DNA of 64,000 nucleotides, from NCBI GenBank assembly GCA_965285935.1, contig OZ260664.1:25420001-25484000 (forward strand), given 5' to 3'. A program made the translations under genes and the position numbers. Below, one piece after another: positions 1-12,682 of the stretch. The notes under the pieces were generated by a model. It saw only the letters and a program-made list of their open reading frames with translations. It searched no databases and had not been told where the DNA came from. This DNA is from Ophelia neglecta (Eukaryota). Numbering within the stretch: position 1 is the first letter of the stretch; every line of letters starts with the position of its first letter.

Positions 1-1581
1 TACAAGTGAAAGAACGGTTGCCCGCATTAAGTGAAGAAATGGGTGGGCTCTCGCTGGACCCGAGGGAAATAGGGACTATAAACCAGAGTATTATTGGACC
101 TGGTTCGTGTCATAAGACAAGCGAAATAGGCCTCAATTAATACGTGATAAATATAATAATTATTTCTGATATTCAAATGGTTTTCTTCATCACAGTACTT
201 TCCTTGAAAATTGATCAATGAAGGTCAGATAAACACCAAAGGCATAATTATTAGCAAGATAGATTATTAGATAAAGAACTGTAAATCAATGTTCTCAGCA
301 AAGTTTCATAACTGTGCAAGTTTTTTATACTAAGGGGTAAGGTCGAATCGGGTGAAACAATATGGATGGCCTTAACATTTCTAGATATAACGTAGGTATG
401 TAGATACAGAGATTTATGACTATCTGATAGATCATATAACTCTTTTGTGTATGTATGTTTATTGATTCCACAAGCCATGTCTGCTCGTAGTCTCTTATTC
501 AAAAATCCATAGAAAACTGAAAAGTCTACAAAACTTTTGATATTTATGGTTTAATTGATAAGCATTTAAATCGATGAAGACTTTTCCATGGAAAGTTCAT
601 CATCAATTATAAATATATATAAAACTAGTATAGAAATCAATAGCTGTCTATAGATTAATTAATAAATGAATCAAAAATGGGGATTGTACTGTAGATATGT
701 CTTAAGAAATAATAAATTAATTAAAGAAATAGACACTATAAGTTTCTTCAGAATAGTAAATTTTTTGATAGAAATGTTTCAGAATATGTTCGATCTTCTC
801 TAGGTTTCTTTAAGTAAGCATATCGTTATATAGATATATTTAAGCTAGGAAAAAAATACTCATTGATTTGTACTTGTACTGGAATTATTTCATTATATTA
901 CACAATGTTTCACTTTTTTAATGGCCGACCGTAGGGTTTTTTTTTTGATACATTCATACAAAGGATGATTTTGGCTGATTGTTTGTTTCAAAGTGTCAGA
1001 ACTAATCCATTATCAAAGTGTTACATTTTATCAGTGTCTTCCGCCATATCGTCTGCTACTGCTTAATACGTTACATAACACTAGTCACTAGTTATTGTGG
1101 ACTTGGACTTATGTAATTTATGTCTTTCACACATTGACTCGTTGCGTGACGATTGATTACAAAATTTGTCTGCAGAGCAAAAGCAGGGAATGTCTAGGCT
1201 TTAGGCCTACTGGGGTAAATAAAACGAAGGAAGTGACAGGGCCGATATAGTGCCAAAGATATATTGGCCATAAATAAATCGAATAAATTCGACAAGCTGC
1301 TTTTAAAAAGTGACATGATGACATTGTTCTGTCGAGAGTTGCAACATTTAAGCCGTCTTAAAAATTAACAGGGTATATTTTTTTTAGAAGACCCGTGGTA
1401 GAGGCACAACAATAAAGACATTTTGGAAGATGTCAAGGCTTCGTGCAAAATCGGGCGAAACTGCCTGCTCCAAATTAAATTTACTCACTGCCTGTACCCT
1501 ATTTTTTTATTGTGTACATATATTTAGGTGGAATGACGCTACTTTCCTGGGATGGATATTCGGCGGACGAAAAAGAATGAT

Positions 1582-1709
1582 ATCTTTTGTGCCAACTAAA
1601 AACTACCATTTTTACTACCTCGCCTTATACCATGTTCGCCAATTGACTATTGCACGTATTCGCGGATATACCCATTGCTGTCGGCCCCCCGACAACGTTG
1701 GCCTAGTTA
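1582..1709 (+). mobile_element. 3' fragment of the same HINE family
   Basis: Aligns with 28797-28922 (TTTGTGCCAACTAAAAACTACCAT...TTCGCGGATATACCC..GCTGTCGGCCCCCCGACA.CGTTGGCCTAGTT). No matching 5' end seen upstream. Confidence 0.75.
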
Positions 1710-2155
1710 AAAAAAGAAAATTGGTACTATGTACGGAATCATAAATATTTCTCTTATTGGAATGGATGGTTTTCTTTTATCCCGCAATTTCCAATGTTTT
1801 GCCCGGCGTGCCACGATAGGAGTGGGGTTGCCATAATAATGCAGCCATGCGTATAAACTCTTCATTGCCAATATTGTGTCGCTCTTAAAGCCCATTTTGT
1901 CAGGCCTAGGCCTAACCCGATGAATGAAGCTATTTAAACAAAAAACAAAGCAGCCCAGTAAGGCCGCCCGCCAATTCACAAGACAGAAGGCGCCAATTCA
2001 CAAGACAGTTCACAAGACAGAAGGCGACACCTAGGTCGCGATATAAGAAAGTAGTATCGAGTACTACTGTTGCCAGTTGTGTCTCTGAATAACACCAACT
2101 ACTACTATTAATATTATGTGATGTATTCAGCGCTGTGCTGTTGTTCTATCATGTA

Positions 2156-3098
2156 CTGTGTTTGGCGCTGTGCTGCCAGATCGTAAGAAGCGCGGAGGTG
2201 CGACACCGCCGCGGAGTAGCAAGCTGACAAAAAACCCCAAAACAATAGAAAAACCCTACCCTTATCCACGTGACAACCTGAACCAGAACAGCAGCACCGG
2301 CACCGGATCATACAGTGCACATATAACCTACAAACATGTCAGCTATGCGCAATTGTCATGAGTGCGTGGCTATTTTGTATGCTAGGAACGTAAATAAATC
2401 TCATTTGAACACCTGATAAATGTTCACATGACAACCTCCTAAATCATTTGATATAAATAACATGAAATGGTACAATTTCAATTTTTCAAAACATTTATTC
2501 GACCATAACATATATACAGATAAGGCAACAAAACTAATTAGATTATAATGCAAGTGCATATATACATATGCGCAGATTACGCCAGGAAAGGAACCACAGG
2601 CCCAAAGAGGGGGCAGAAACGACGCCACCCCCACCAGCTATATAATTGGTAGGCGCGACGCCATCCCCACCCCCGCCCCGAAACCAATAGCCACCCCCAA
2701 CGCAACCCGCACAGCACGCGACAAGCTAAGAGAATCGTTATCACATTATATATACAATGCATACATTATTGGTCAGGGAGACCCCCATAAAGTCTTAGAT
2801 AGACGCTAACATGTGGGCCACCCAAACATTCGATGACCGTATCTTTTCGCATTAAGTTAAAAAAGGTACTCTCGTGCCTGAACGAGAAATAACTTCCTTA
2901 ATCCGAACAGGCATAGGGCATTAAAAAGTGGGATTTCCAAAGAACAAGGGAGTGTGTTACTTCGTTCTGACCGGTGGCGGGTAAGTAAAACATTGATTAT
3001 ATTCCAAGACGCCTTGCATAGGCCAAAGATGGCCGTTGCAATCGATTCTCCTTGATGGTTCTATGAGTGGCAGCGTAGCGCTACAGCGCCAAACACAG
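2156..3098. repeat. Dispersed repeat / decayed TIR element immediately upstream of NAAA
   Basis: Perfect 16-bp inverted repeat at 2156-2171 and 3083-3098. Internal blocks (about 2290-2470 and 2865-3057) align with about 61275-61977. Confidence 0.6.
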
Positions 3099-3206
3099 AG
3101 ACCCTAGTAGCTGGGACATCAACACTTCTTCGTCACAAACAAGGTTCAAAGGGCGATAGCGTTCAAAATCCTGATCGAAAATCGCTTGTCATCACAGCCG
3201 AAAGCC

Positions 3207-6200
3207 ATGAAATGTGTTTATTTGCAATCATGTTTGCTGCTAGCAGTGTTCGCAGCAAATGGCTTCGTGGCTACTGCAGACAGACCTGCCAAAGAATATA
3301 TCCTCAATCTTGACTTGCCGGAGGAGCAGAGATGGAATCAAATCCTAGATGACCATAAGGGTTTTGTTGTTGAGCTTATCAACGTCTTGGGGTAAGTTGT
3401 TGGGGGAGTGATGTGGGTGGGGAGGGGGGGGGGGGTCGGTGAACGTGGGAGGGGCCTGAAAGGGGGCAACAAGGATAGAGGGTTGGGAGGAGAAATGCCT
3501 GTAGCTTTACCCAGTTACTAGCTGTATAGCTATCATCAACCATGGGGTGTGTCTGCATGTTGGGGTGGGGTGGGGGTGGGGTGGGGGTGGGGGGTTAATA
3601 CCATAAACATAATCCCCATTCCCCGTTCCAAGTTTGAAAAATGAGCAAATCCTGATTAATGAATGTTTAAAGTCTGCAAGTTGTTTCCCGCTTCTCCTTA
3701 AATTAGTGATTCCCTAGTCATGGGAAATTAAACAGAACATTCCCAGTAAATTCAAATCCATAATGCCAAATCACGGACAATTGTCGAATCCCGATTCACA
3801 AGAAATAAAACCTTAAATTCCATGTTCACGAATAATTAAAAACACCGATCCCGATGGTCAGAAATACCCCCTAACCACCCCCCCCCCCATAATACCATGA
3901 ACGTGACTAGCTCCACCTCATCTCCGTGACCCTTCCCCCCTTCCCTCCCAGGATACCCCCTCCCCCCCCCCCAGTGACCCTCCAGCTGTGCTCAACTGGG
4001 TCCATCTGTCATCAATGTTTAGACGCAAGAAGTGCCTTTGAAGTGTCTTTGAAAAGCAACTTAATTCTTGTGATTAAAAAAGACAAAAATAACTTTTTAT
4101 TTGGACCAATGACAGACATTTTTACTGTCTCTTTAAATAATGTAACATTGGGGCTTGTTTCGGAAGTATGTGGGGGGCTTGGACAGGGAAGATAATTTTA
4201 TGTGTTAATTTGTTTTTCAGCAAAATTGTTCCAAAAGAAGTCATTCCTCTTGTCACCAAATTGGCCTCAGGACTAAATAAATATCTTCCTGAGAAATATG
4301 CCAGAGAAATTACAGGTAATGTATGGCAGGCGACCAAAGGGTAAACATAGCGGGGAATGGAGATCCCGGGACAGGAGGGGGGGGGGGGTGGAGGGGGAGG
4401 GGGGGTGATTATTCCATATAGGGCTATTATGGGTATGTAGGGAAGTTTTGAACTCTCCTCCCTTTCGCTGTGAGCTCCATCTTTTAGACCCACAATTTTG
4501 CAAAATAGATGTATTTTGGACCACCTTAGTCTTAAGTCAAACTTTTAGGCTCACCATTTTGCAAATAGGGATCTTTTGGACCTCCTTATTTTAGGAAACT
4601 ATCTAAGAGGGATCTATTGACCCCATATTTCTCATGACGGCAGATCTTTTATTGTCTACATTTCAAACAACAACCTCACAACCATGCCTAATATTGTGCC
4701 TAGTGCCCCCCCCCCTTTGAACTCTTCTGGAATTAACATTATTACTGCATATGATTAAAGTAATTAATTTTTCAAACAATGACTGCATCAGTTAAGCTTT
4801 CTGTTCAATTGTTACTTTTGTCCCTCTATTAAAGTATTTGACAGCTTTTAAGACTATTGAATCATTGTGTTACATGTACCAGTACATGCAAAGTAAAATC
4901 CTTGAAAATGGAAAACTTTATTTCTTAGTTCCATAAACTCCTTTTTTTAATAAAAATTCATGATTTGGTCTGTGTCATGATATGAATATATGTAGACAAA
5001 AGTTTGCTACCTATGGGAGGACCCACTCTGTCACTTGAGCCATTTATATTATGTCAACTTTGCAAAAGTAAAAGTATATATAGCTCAAATGATGAAATGA
5101 GATTCTAATGATTTTTGGCATTGATAGGAATTTTCTTTCAGGTATTGCTAATCATTTGAACCTCACCGTGGGAGATGTGTTACTTCCAAATATCATTTAT
5201 GATGCGAGTGCGTAAGTAGCCATATATACCGAGCAAGCTCGATGAAATGGGAGTTTTCTTAACCCTTTAGGTGCCAAACAAAAATACAAATTTGATGTCT
5301 GTAAAGTGCCAAAAGATTAAGCATATTTTCCAAAGGTTCATGTCTCTGACTAAGAATGCAGAGTTTATGGACAACTAAAGATTTTCGGAACGGGCAGGAC
5401 CTCAGCAATGATATAAAACAAATTGCAGTGAATAAGAGATGATATGGTGTTAGGAGGCTATTTTTTTATACAGAATACTAAGTAAAATATATCTAGATTA
5501 TAGAGGCCCTTGGCACTTTACCTACATTAAAAGAAGGGCCCATTTTGGAGGCCCTTGGCACTCAAAGCGTTAAACAAACAAACATATGGTCATGAAATAT
5601 ATGTTGGCATTTTCAAGCATGCATTTCAGAATAAATAACTTGATTCACTTCAAATTTCAATGCCTTCTTGTAGTGGATTTCATTGTACTCTCTCACTTTT
5701 GTACATAGATTTTGCACCAGTATCATTTCTACAGACTCCCGTGGACAAATTTGGCATTCGAGAAATCTAGACTACCGATTTACAGAGACGTTGAAAAATT
5801 TAACTATTGTTTATCATGCGCAAAGGAACGGAAAGGTAAAATAGTATTCCTTAGCATTGTACATGTTGTACAGTTGATATTTATAATGACTACTTCAACA
5901 TGTAACCATAATTTATAATTCAGTCGAAGTATTTTTGCTTACCGGTATTTAATGTTCAGCCATATTGAAAAATCTAACTGTGTCATGTGATCAAATACTT
6001 TTTGGTAACAGCAAAGTGGGACTAAACTATCCAAACTATTTGAAATATCTCATGTGTGTTGATTCTACTGGCTGCTTTTTAAACTAGTCTACTATTTGCA
6101 CGTGATAAAATCAAGCTTTTTTGGTTACCTGCATGATAGACTTCTGTGCTGGTAACACACCTTGGTAGGCCTATTTGACTACCTTTATATTTCTAGAATC

Positions 6201-9200
6201 AATGCAACACATAGTTTAATACTTGATATTTGTTTTACACATGCACACTGTAGGTGTCCAGGGAATTGTTCTAACCAAATGTTTGCTACTTGAACATTCT
6301 TGCATCAGTAATCAAGTGGTAATAGTATTCAGGGGCAGATTAAGATAAATAAGGATGAGAGCTTTCTTATACAGGAGATAAAATTGCATTACAAAGGAAA
6401 TAAATATTAGCAGCCAGCCAAATGCAAGGGTGATGAAGTTATGCAGGTTTTGAAGCTCATGTCAGACAACTAGACCAAGTCTAGTTACAAATTGGCCAGT
6501 CTAGTAAACTTCAAGGTGAACTAGTCCCATGACAAGTGGGAGGGATAGGCCAAAACTCCTCAAAACACATATCTCAGTCTATTAAAGGAAAAGTTAGCTT
6601 TGAAGCCTGGTAATCTTAGCCAAGGAACAATTGTTTGATATAATAAAATATTGGAATTCCAGCACTGTCACCATTAATTGTCTCTAATAATGAAAGACCT
6701 CCAATCCTTTTTTTACCTTATTCTGCGCCTGTATGTATGTACTTTTAAATTGTATTTTACTAGTACAGTGTTACCTGTGAATTGAGACCACCCAAGTGGT
6801 CTGATTATAGAGTTGGTATACAGGTAAGTGTATAGTATGAAACTCTTATGAATGGTCTGAATTTACAGGTGGTCTAATGACTGAGGTGGTCTTAAAAGCA
6901 GGTTTCACTGTATATAAAATATTTGTTCCCAACAGACACAATATATGCCTGCCCATATGCATAACCAATTGAACATGCCAAACACTAATTTCAATCTCTA
7001 TATTGAGACCTTATCTTAAATTCACCCTCAATATTATCCTCAAGTTCCACCCTAGTTATATATATACAAATAAGATTAAAATGATAATAGCCAACTGGGT
7101 TGCAGCCCTTGGAAAGAAATAGCCCAGAGGCAAATCTTTATTGCTCAGAAAAATTGGCATTTTTACTATGTGGTGCTTCATTATATTGTTCTGCTGTAAT
7201 TGCTAATGCTGAAAGTGTGTCAAGGACGCAATTAATATTTGACAGTTTCTCTTGAAATCCTGCCTGGCAAAAAGCGCTCGCCACCTGTGCTTATGTTTCT
7301 ATGACACCCTTAGTCCAGTTCAAGAATCATTAGCTATTGGGGAAAACGCTTGGCCAAGGTTCATCACTGATATAAGGCTTGTTCCTCAACAGCTTTCTAG
7401 TAAGGTTGTTGAAAGAACATACTAGCAAAACTTTGGCATCTTTCTAAAATTGTACATATTTTGGACACTAAATTTGTACTTTTCCATATCCAGACCCTTT
7501 TCACAGCATCAACGTTTGTTGGTTACATTGGAACAGTGACCGGTCAAAAGCCGAAGGTGTTTACGATCACTTCTGATACCAGAGGTGATTATTGATTTAA
7601 TATTTGTTGCATACCAGTATGATTTTTATCAAGTGTTTTATTGTCCAACTTCCAGACTGTTTATTCAGCAACCTCTTATTTGGGCTATGTTGGAATCCTT
7701 ACTGGCCAGAAACCACACATTTTCACTGTTACAGTTGATCAACGAGGTACAGAATAGATTTAAGTTAATAATTTTGTAATGGATGCAATGCTCTTGTTTG
7801 TTGCCCTGATTTTGCACACACCCCCCCCCCCACCCTCCCCCTATCCCCTTAGCTGTCATATTGTTTTAGAATATTCAACATTTAGAGTATGTATCTTTTG
7901 ACCTGAAGTACATTTACCAGGTAATTATGTTTGTTGTGCATTCACAAATAACTTTGCATGACATATGGTCAGTCAAGTTACTGATGTGATTTGAAAGATT
8001 AAACTTTAAGGTGTGTCCCCTAAGATTAGACAAACAGTTAAATTAGCGACAAATTAAAAAAATCTTTTGGGTGTCTAACATCTGAATTTAAGAAGAGTAT
8101 CCAATCTGGATGTTGGTAACTTAAGCAGATTTAAACAATTTCAGTCAATTAAATTTCCTGACCTCAAGCCAAGCTGCTGGAAAGTCTGTAATTGCAATAT
8201 GCAGTTTTGATTTTCTCATTACAGTTATATTTATGGAATTTGACATGCATTGCCTTTGTTATTTATCAAAGTAATTTCTTTTTTTTCTAGATAAAGGTGC
8301 TGCCTGGATGAATATGGTGATGGCTTTGTTTGATAGAAAAGCTAAGTTAGTTAGCTTTTTGGAGAGAGATGTAAGTATTTGTTGCAATAAATGTTTTTGA
8401 TAGTGCCATACATACTGTTATGAAGATAACTGATGACACTGATTAATTTAGAAACACACATAAGACAATCCTACTTCATGAAACATGATCATGTTAATGA
8501 TAGGACATGTATATGTAACCCCAAATATTAAACTCAAATATATTCTATACCATACTAAACTTGAAATCATTTCAAAATGTGATTTGATTAGCCCTAGTGG
8601 GCTTGTGGTGGCAGGGGAAGGTGGGGTAAGATGCACACCCTAAGGAACATGCACAAATTTCGGTATGGTTACTGTCCCCAATAATAATATTTGGGATTTT
8701 TCTTGTAAGAATATTATCTACCGCAACAGATATCTCAAAGCTATAACACTGAATGGCTTAACCTTATTTTAATCACCCTCTGAATGTTAAGTTAAAAAGT
8801 GTACCCCTGTTAACCGAAAAAAATTGTTGTCCCCGGACGAGTTCGGTTAATTGAGTCTATGCTGTATATTTGGCCTTATGTTTCAGACTTTGGAGGTGGC
8901 TGATAGCTTTGCTGAGGCAGTGCAAATGCTCAGTGAGTCTGACACAATTGCTCCCGTTTACTTCATTGTTGGAGGAGTCAATCCCAATGAAGGAGCTGTT
9001 ATCACCAAGTCCAGGTTAGGCTCCCGCGATGTCTGGTTTCTGGATTCATCAAAGGGAAGGTAAGATATCTCCCTTGAAACCAAATACACACGACATTAAG
9101 TAAGCAAGAACAGAAATATTTACCCCTTTGTGAGAGGACTTTTTTTTCCCAACCTTTTAGATGTAACGTTCACAGTGTGATAAAAGATTGCTTGTTGTTC

Positions 9201-12200
9201 AAACTACGAGCAGCTACTGATCTGAAAACCAGTCTATATTGTTGCTGATCTATTGTTTGATAAAAGGCCATTATTGGCTGCTTGCAAGGGGTAAGATGAG
9301 AACATAAAATGTAGAGTAATTTTACTCTTCTGATGTCTGTATGCCATGAATAAGTAGGTCAACTTAAATATGACTTTGAAAGTGTCTTGAAGCATCTGGT
9401 TATTGTGTGTTGGTTGGCCTCCTAACCTTGTCAGATAGCCATACTTAGCACCAGTGAGATGATGATATACAAGTAACCTAGATGTTTGTGAGCTCGATAT
9501 TGGCTTTGATCTCTTTGTAATATCAGTCCACACACCCTAGAGGTGGTTTTATAGTATGTGATGTCTGTATGTAATCATAAGCTCCCTTCAAATTACCTAG
9601 ACATGAAATAATCCCGGGCAAAAGGAAAAATAAAGTTAGCTGAGGGCTTAACTCTTTCACCACCAAATGTTATCGCAGCTACACACCTACTATGTATGCC
9701 AATATATTTCCTTTAGTTTTATAAAACTAGGTTTTGTCAACATGGTACTAAGTTACTGATTGGTTTTGCTATTAAACTTCAAACCTTCCGTATATGTAAT
9801 GTGTTTAGCTATCTATGGAATATTCTAGCATTTGCCATAGTAACTGCTTGTACTTAGAATGATGTCATAAATAGCAAGGTAGCACATTGTCAACAAAAAT
9901 TCGACAATGTTGACTGTTTGCTGACAAAAGTCAGATTGTCAGTGAGAGAGTTAAGATAATTATTGATGGGAATATATTTTAACAGTAAAAGAAAATATTT
10001 GTTATGTATTATTGTATTAACAATAACTAACAATAACTGTGTACTTTTTACAGTGAATAAATAAATTAAATAAAAAAAAACCAAAAAAAAAACATTCTAA
10101 TATAAACATAGTCATTTCAATTCCAACACCAACAATTTCATTAAAACTATTAAAGAAATAATCATCCCTTATTTCCAGGTGGTACCTTGTGGAAACAAAC
10201 TATGACCATTGGCTATCCCCCCCAACATCTGATGATCGAAGGTACTGAGCATTTTACAAAATAGTCAGTTAAACCTTGATTAATGACATGCATTTAAAGC
10301 CTCCCAAGAGAGCCACCCATTGACCTATCATGCATGTTTCGCTCTTATCGAGATTCCCAGTTGAATTTTTTTTTAGATCATGATATATCAAAAGTTTTGC
10401 CTCATTTTCATGTTCCATGTACTGTACCTACTGCTAACAGAGAAAACAGTGCCTTAGAACCTAATTTATTTGATTTTTATTTAATGACAGATTTCTCTTC
10501 AGTGAGCAACATTGTAGACACTTGCAGGGTATAAGTTGTCCAAACTAAGTAAGTGATGGATATCACATTTTTTGGACCACACAGCCTTTATCCAGTATAT
10601 ATATATATATTTATCACCAGTGTGATGATGTTTTTGTTCTTTTTGGGAATATTGAACTCAAACTACTTTTATTTAAATCTGTTAAGATTACCAAAGTTAT
10701 GCTTTGTTTGAATCTATCACAAAGTAACATTTGGTCGGCATCTCTAATAAGGCGATCATCCTTTGATTTCTTGTTTTATGACCTCGTTGATATGCAGCAT
10801 ATTGGCTTTATAAACATAACTTGTCTTAAGTCAGTTAATAACAATGGGTTTTGGGCATGCTCTTGTCTTGCTCTTTAGTTTGATAATAAAACCTGTGCAA
10901 AACCCTTTTTTATCTACTGACTTTAGTCCCAAATCTTTGAGAACTCCACCCCTGCGGTGTTTCAGGATACCTGAAGGAATTATTTATGTTTGACCATAAA
11001 TCTTTGCTGGTGGCTTGGTTAGAAATAATGATTTACCCTTGGAAGTCAACATCGATGTGTTAAAATGTCAGCAGATATTGGTGTTGTTTTACATCTGTAT
11101 TCAGTGACGACATACCTGTAATGAATGATATTTGCCTTTGATTGTTTCCTTAATTGAAATGCCAAATGTACACCAATTAATGGTGTTAACAAACTGCGGC
11201 TCAATGCATGTCCATCGTTAATGTAATAATCTAATATGTAATGTAATGATGGCCCATTGTCTCAATTACATTCAATTAGTACACAACAAAGAAAAAGTTT
11301 TGTTGTATACTACTGATTGAACACTGAAGTATAATTAAAATGGTACAAAATAATCACAAATGGACAAGAAGAAAGTGACAGATGGGGGAGATAGAAGCTG
11401 CCCACAGCTTATGCTCTGACTACAGTAACAATAAATCATCATTTTTTTGGTACAAATAGTGTAAACACAGTGAACTTATATGATTACCCAAAAAGTAATA
11501 CACAAATTATATAGTTACAACCAAACTACATGAGATCAATTAAAATGGCATCAGGCATCCAGTAGCATCTGTTTTAACATTTTTAAAAAGAAGACAGTGA
11601 GTTATTATAATCCAGGATATAGAATTATAAGCTCATACACCCTGGTTACGTAACGTGTGTGACATTTACAACAATCAGAGGGGGTAGATATATGCCATAG
11701 GGGCATTATAAACTTCCTTCCTGTTATATTGTTAATTTCCAACTGCAGCAATTACCTTTTTACCTGTAACTGTGTATATATTGTCCACAACCCCCGCAGT
11801 CAGTTTCAAACCATAAGGGTGGAGTTAATAACTCTGGAACTATCTATGATCATCATTAATCAGTATTACAAAGCTATGAATACATATGGACAAAAACAAA
11901 AGTAGGTTTACCTGTTTTGTTGCTGATATTTATACTCATTTGTTTATTATTACTGTCATTTTTGAAATATTAATGAAACATAGTGTTGGGTTCATATTTT
12001 TATGATTAGCTCACTTGACACCTAATTAAAGGTAATAATTACGATATGTGTAATCAGGGTATAAGTACCTGACACATGATCTGTGAGAATCTTAGATCAA
12101 TACCTGTATTGCAATGATGAATGACGGCCCTACAACATTTTTTGCTTAGTCACATTTTAGTGGAATAAATCTGAGGAGAAAAGATATCATTGTGGGAAAC

Positions 12201-12682
12201 AAGTAAGAGACACAGTATGTACCATAATTATTTAAGAGTTAGTATTCATTTATTTAGAGAATCTTATTTTATATTTAGGGACCCTGCTATCAAAATGATG
12301 AATGCTACTGGCCAGGTTGGCATTAACAAAGCCAGCCTGTTCAAGATTATGTCTACACCACCTGTTCTCAATGCGTAAGAACCTTTCTGCATAATTGAAA
12401 TGGTAGACAGAGAAAAAAGGGAGACCAGCGTGAGACATCGCTGTTGGGTCAAGAAACCTTTCTCTATATATGTATATGAGTTTTGAACATAGAAGCTTAA
12501 TATTAATCTTACTGTTTTAGATTTAAATTCCTTGTAATTCCTGTCTTATAAAAAATGTACATGTTGTTAAGCTGATTGATGAAATGTTTCTCATCAACAG
12601 GAAAACCACTTACACCGTGATCATGAGTGCTGCACAGCCGGAGGTGTACCAAACCACTGTCAGGACTGGCAAGCACAACTGA
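3207..12682 (+). CDS. NAAA: N-acylethanolamine-hydrolyzing acid amidase (NAAA)-like Ntn cysteine hydrolase, about 353 aa, 10 exons per transcript with two alternative exon-5 copies
   Basis: All GT-AG and phase-consistent: 3207-3391, 4221-4315, 5142-5211, 5709-5835, [7494-7584 or 7656-7746], 8291-8370, 8887-9059, 10179-10241, 12279-12374, 12601-12682. Has a hydrophobic signal peptide, LNLDLPEEQRW, autocleavage/catalytic site F-CTSIISTD, SRNLDY, YFIVGG..EGAVIT, WYLVETNYDHW..DDRR and PVLN..TYTVIMSA, matching NAAA/acid ceramidase motifs. Confidence 0.93.
5263..5569. mobile_element. piggyBac-type MITE in NAAA intron 3
   Basis: TTAA|CCCTTTAGGTGCCAA ... TTGGCACTCAAAGCG|TTAA: TTAA TSDs at 5259-5262 and 5570-5573 and short CCCTTT-type TIRs. 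Confidence 0.7.
6766..6910. mobile_element. Tc1/mariner (pogo/Tigger-like) MITE
   Basis: TA|CAGTGTTACCTG ... CAGGTTTCACTG|TA, with internal GGTGGTCT repeats. Confidence 0.65.
7494..7584 (+). CDS. NAAA: NAAA exon 5a (alternative), TLFTASTFVGYIGTVTGQKPKVFTITSDTR
   Basis: Acceptor ...ccatatccag, donor GTGATT. 91 nt, phase 0 to phase 1, open reading frame. Confidence 0.85.
7656..7746 (+). CDS. NAAA: NAAA exon 5b (alternative), TVYSATSYLGYVGILTGQKPHIFTVTVDQR
   Basis: Acceptor ...caacttccag, donor GTACAG. 91 nt, phase 0 to phase 1, open reading frame; 15/30 aa identical to exon 5a. Confidence 0.85.

Noticed and set aside
1-520. Minus-strand ORFs; AGNRSFTC at the window edge resembles an L2/CR1 ORF2 C-terminus
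   Set aside because: Too short and fragmentary to call without a profile search.
12114-12174. Possible intronic box C/D snoRNA (ATGATGA ... CTGA)
   Set aside because: No terminal stem and no rRNA-complementary guide that I could recognise; such motifs are expected by chance in AT-rich DNA.
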